This document shows positions 33,630-35,781 of a stretch of DNA of 35,781 bases, piece after piece (within the stretch, counting starts at the first letter, position 1; each line of letters opens with the position of its first letter). The position numbers were made by a program, and so were the translations under genes. Below the pieces are notes generated by a model. The model did not search any database. It saw only the letters and a list, made by a program, of their open reading frames with translations, and was not told the DNA's origin. The DNA comes from a virus (taxonomy: Duplodnaviria; Caudoviricetes). Location of the stretch: positions 1-35,781 of IMG/VR virus record IMGVR_UViG_3300020045_009791. One strand, 5' to 3'.

Positions 33630-35781
33630 ATGTCTGACCATAAGGCTTTGCCGCCGATTAAATTTGAGGCGCTGGCTGCAGCGCTGTTGGGGCGTGTAGA
33701 GCAGCTGGTGCCGCAATGGTTGCCGGGTGGTACGCGCCGGGGGCATGAATATGTGTGTGGGTCGCTGTCAGGGGGCACGGGTGCCAGCTGCTCAGTGAAC
33801 ATGGTGACTGGCCGTTGGGCTGACTTTGCCGATGATGTGCGGGGCAATGATTTGATCAGCCTGTACGCGGCGATTCATGACTTGGGCATGGGCCATGCCG
33901 CCGTGGCGGTGGCGCGTGAAGAGGGGCTAGAGGATGTGGCCGATGTGCAGCCAGCGCGCGGTGACGCACCCGCAGCGCCACGCCCACCCCGGCCTGCCCC
34001 AGTGGCGGTGCCTGCCACCCCCCGACAAGATGAAGGCTGGGTGACGGTGCTGCCGGTGCCGGGCAATGCGCCTGCGCCTACGTTCAAACACCATTACCGG
34101 TTGGCTTGCGACATCACACACACGGCTGAATACCGGCGTGATGGTGATTTGCTGGGCTATGTGATTCGGTTTCAAACGTCTGATGGTGGCAAAGACACGT
34201 TGCCTTACACCTGGTGCACGAGTGCGCGTGATGGTGGCAGCCGCTGGCACTGGAAGACGTGGGATGAGCCCCGGCCGCTGTTTTTCCCCGCTGGTGTGTC
34301 GCCGCTGGCGGCTGGTGCTGCTGACGGCACGCTGCCCACGGTGATTTTGGTGGAGGGGGAAAAGAAGGCGATGGTGCTGCAGGATGTGCTGGTCGCGACT
34401 GCCCCCGGCATTTACCTGGTGGCGAGCTGGCCGGGTGGCAGCAAGGCGTGGAAGAAGGCTGATTGGTCTTGGCTGGCTGGCAACACGGTGTTGTTGTGGC
34501 CGGATTGTGATGGCAAGCGTGAGGCGCTGAGCAAGAGAGAGCGTGAGTCTTGTCTGGATGATGCAGCGCTGCACATTGCGCAGGCGCTGAAGCCGCTGCT
34601 GGTGGTTGAAAAGCAGCCGGGCATGGCGGCTATGTTGGGCATTGGCGCGCTGTTGCGTGATGCACACGCTTGTACGGTTTCCATGCTGCCGATTCCCGCG
34701 CCGCTGGAAGTGGTGGACGGTTGGGATTGTGCCGACGCGATTTTGGTGGACGGTTGGGATGGCGAGCGCGTTTTAGCGTTTTTTGGCCGTGCCCAGCCGT
34801 TGGTGTCACCCGAGGCTGATTCAGCGAGCCTGGGTGATTCTGGCAAGCCTGTGGGCCGTTTGGCGGTGGTGCTGGATGATGATTTTTCGCGCGCGTCCGC
34901 TAACGCAGCGGGGGCGGGGGCAGGCGGTGAGGATGATGCGTTTGCTGATCATTTGATGTTCATGGTGGATTCGCTGAAGCTCAAGGGTGTGCATGAGTTG
35001 GGTGTGAACCGCAAGCTGTTGATCACGGCGCTGCGTAAGGCGCCTGCGCTGCAGGGGTGCCTGGGCTTCAATGAGTTGACGGGTTCACCAGGTACACGCA
35101 CGCCATGGCCTTTTAGGGCTGTGGCTGGGCCGCTGAAGGATACCGATGATTTGGCGCTGGGTGATTACTTGTGCGGTAAGTACAAGGGGCTCAAGCCTGC
35201 GTCACGGGCGAGCCTGAGCGAGGCGATTGAGACGGTGGCAGACCAGAACCGTTATCACCCGGTGCGGGATTATTTGCATACCCAGGCGCACGATGGCACA
35301 CCCCGGCTGGATAAGTGGCTGATTTATGTGCTGGGCATGGATGTGGCCACGTTGGCCCCCAGGCGCAAGCGTTACCTTGAGCTGGTGGGCAGGTATCTGC
35401 TGATTGGCTTGGTGGCACGTGTGATGGAGCCGGGCTGCAAGTTTGACTATTCGCCGGTGTTTGAGGGTTTGCCTGGGGTGGGTAAATCTACTTTTGTGAA
35501 GACGTTGGTGGGTGCTGAGTTTTTCAGTGACACGCACTTTGACATTGGCAATGGCAAGGATGGGTTTGAGCAGCTGGAAGGGCTGTGGGGCTATGAGCTG
35601 AGCGAGTTGACGGCTTTGCGTAAGGCGGACTCTGAGCAGGTCAAACAGTTCTTTTCATCCACTGTGGACCGTTTCCGTGGGGCCTATGGCAAGTATGTGC
35701 AGGCGCATCCACGCCAGTGCGTGATTTTTTGCAGCACGAACAAGAAGCAGTATTTGTATGACTTGACGGGTAACCGCCGGT
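33630..35781 (+). CDS. Primase-helicase (TOPRIM + VapE-family P-loop), truncated by window end
   Basis: Not in the ORF track, translated by hand from ATG 33630 (MSDHKALPPIKFEALA...WLPGG...TGRWADF). Has TOPRIM VEGEKKA, WPDCD and GWDCAD, and an in-frame Walker A EGLPGVGKST at ~35463. Confidence 0.9.
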   Translation, partial: MSDHKALPPIKFEALAAALLGRVEQLVPQWLPGGTRRGHEYVCGSLSGGTGASCSVNMVTGRWADFADDVRGNDLISLYAAIHDLGMGHAAVAVAREEGLEDVADVQPARGDAPAAPRPPRPAPVAVPATPRQDEGWVTVLPVPGNAPAPTFKHHYRLACDITHTAEYRRDGDLLGYVIRFQTSDGGKDTLPYTWCTSARDGGSRWHWKTWDEPRPLFFPAGVSPLAAGAADGTLPTVILVEGEKKAMVLQDVLVATAPGIYLVASWPGGSKAWKKADWSWLAGNTVLLWPDCDGKREALSKRERESCLDDAALHIAQALKPLLVVEKQPGMAAMLGIGALLRDAHACTVSMLPIPAPLEVVDGWDCADAILVDGWDGERVLAFFGRAQPLVSPEADSASLGDSGKPVGRLAVVLDDDFSRASANAAGAGAGGEDDAFADHLMFMVDSLKLKGVHELGVNRKLLITALRKAPALQGCLGFNELTGSPGTRTPWPFRAVAGPLKDTDDLALGDYLCGKYKGLKPASRASLSEAIETVADQNRYHPVRDYLHTQAHDGTPRLDKWLIYVLGMDVATLAPRRKRYLELVGRYLLIGLVARVMEPGCKFDYSPVFEGLPGVGKSTFVKTLVGAEFFSDTHFDIGNGKDGFEQLEGLWGYELSELTALRKADSEQVKQFFSSTVDRFRGAYGKYVQAHPRQCVIFCSTNKKQYLYDLTGNRR

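Overview
This window is most of a temperate, lambda-like siphophage genome, probably from a Betaproteobacterium (host is inferred). Gene order is terminase, head, tail and lysis genes, then a small putative acr-aca (anti-CRISPR) operon, an integrase with an intact attP, leftward early genes, an immunity region, and a primase-helicase that runs off the right end. The attP is intact and encodes the DusA N-terminal motif VAPMLDWTD, so this looks like the excised form of a phage that integrates into dusA. The most unusual feature lies in the head operon (5147-7938). A second copy of the DUF2190-like capsid decoration domain is fused, at a tyrosine-recombinase-like site, to a compositionally foreign SGNH/sialate-O-acetylesterase-like cassette. 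A related site closes the cassette, followed by an arm-less lambda-Int-like recombinase and a duplicated late promoter. This suggests a shufflon- or integron-like system that swaps or switches payload domains displayed on the capsid. Family assignments come from motif recognition by eye, not database searches.
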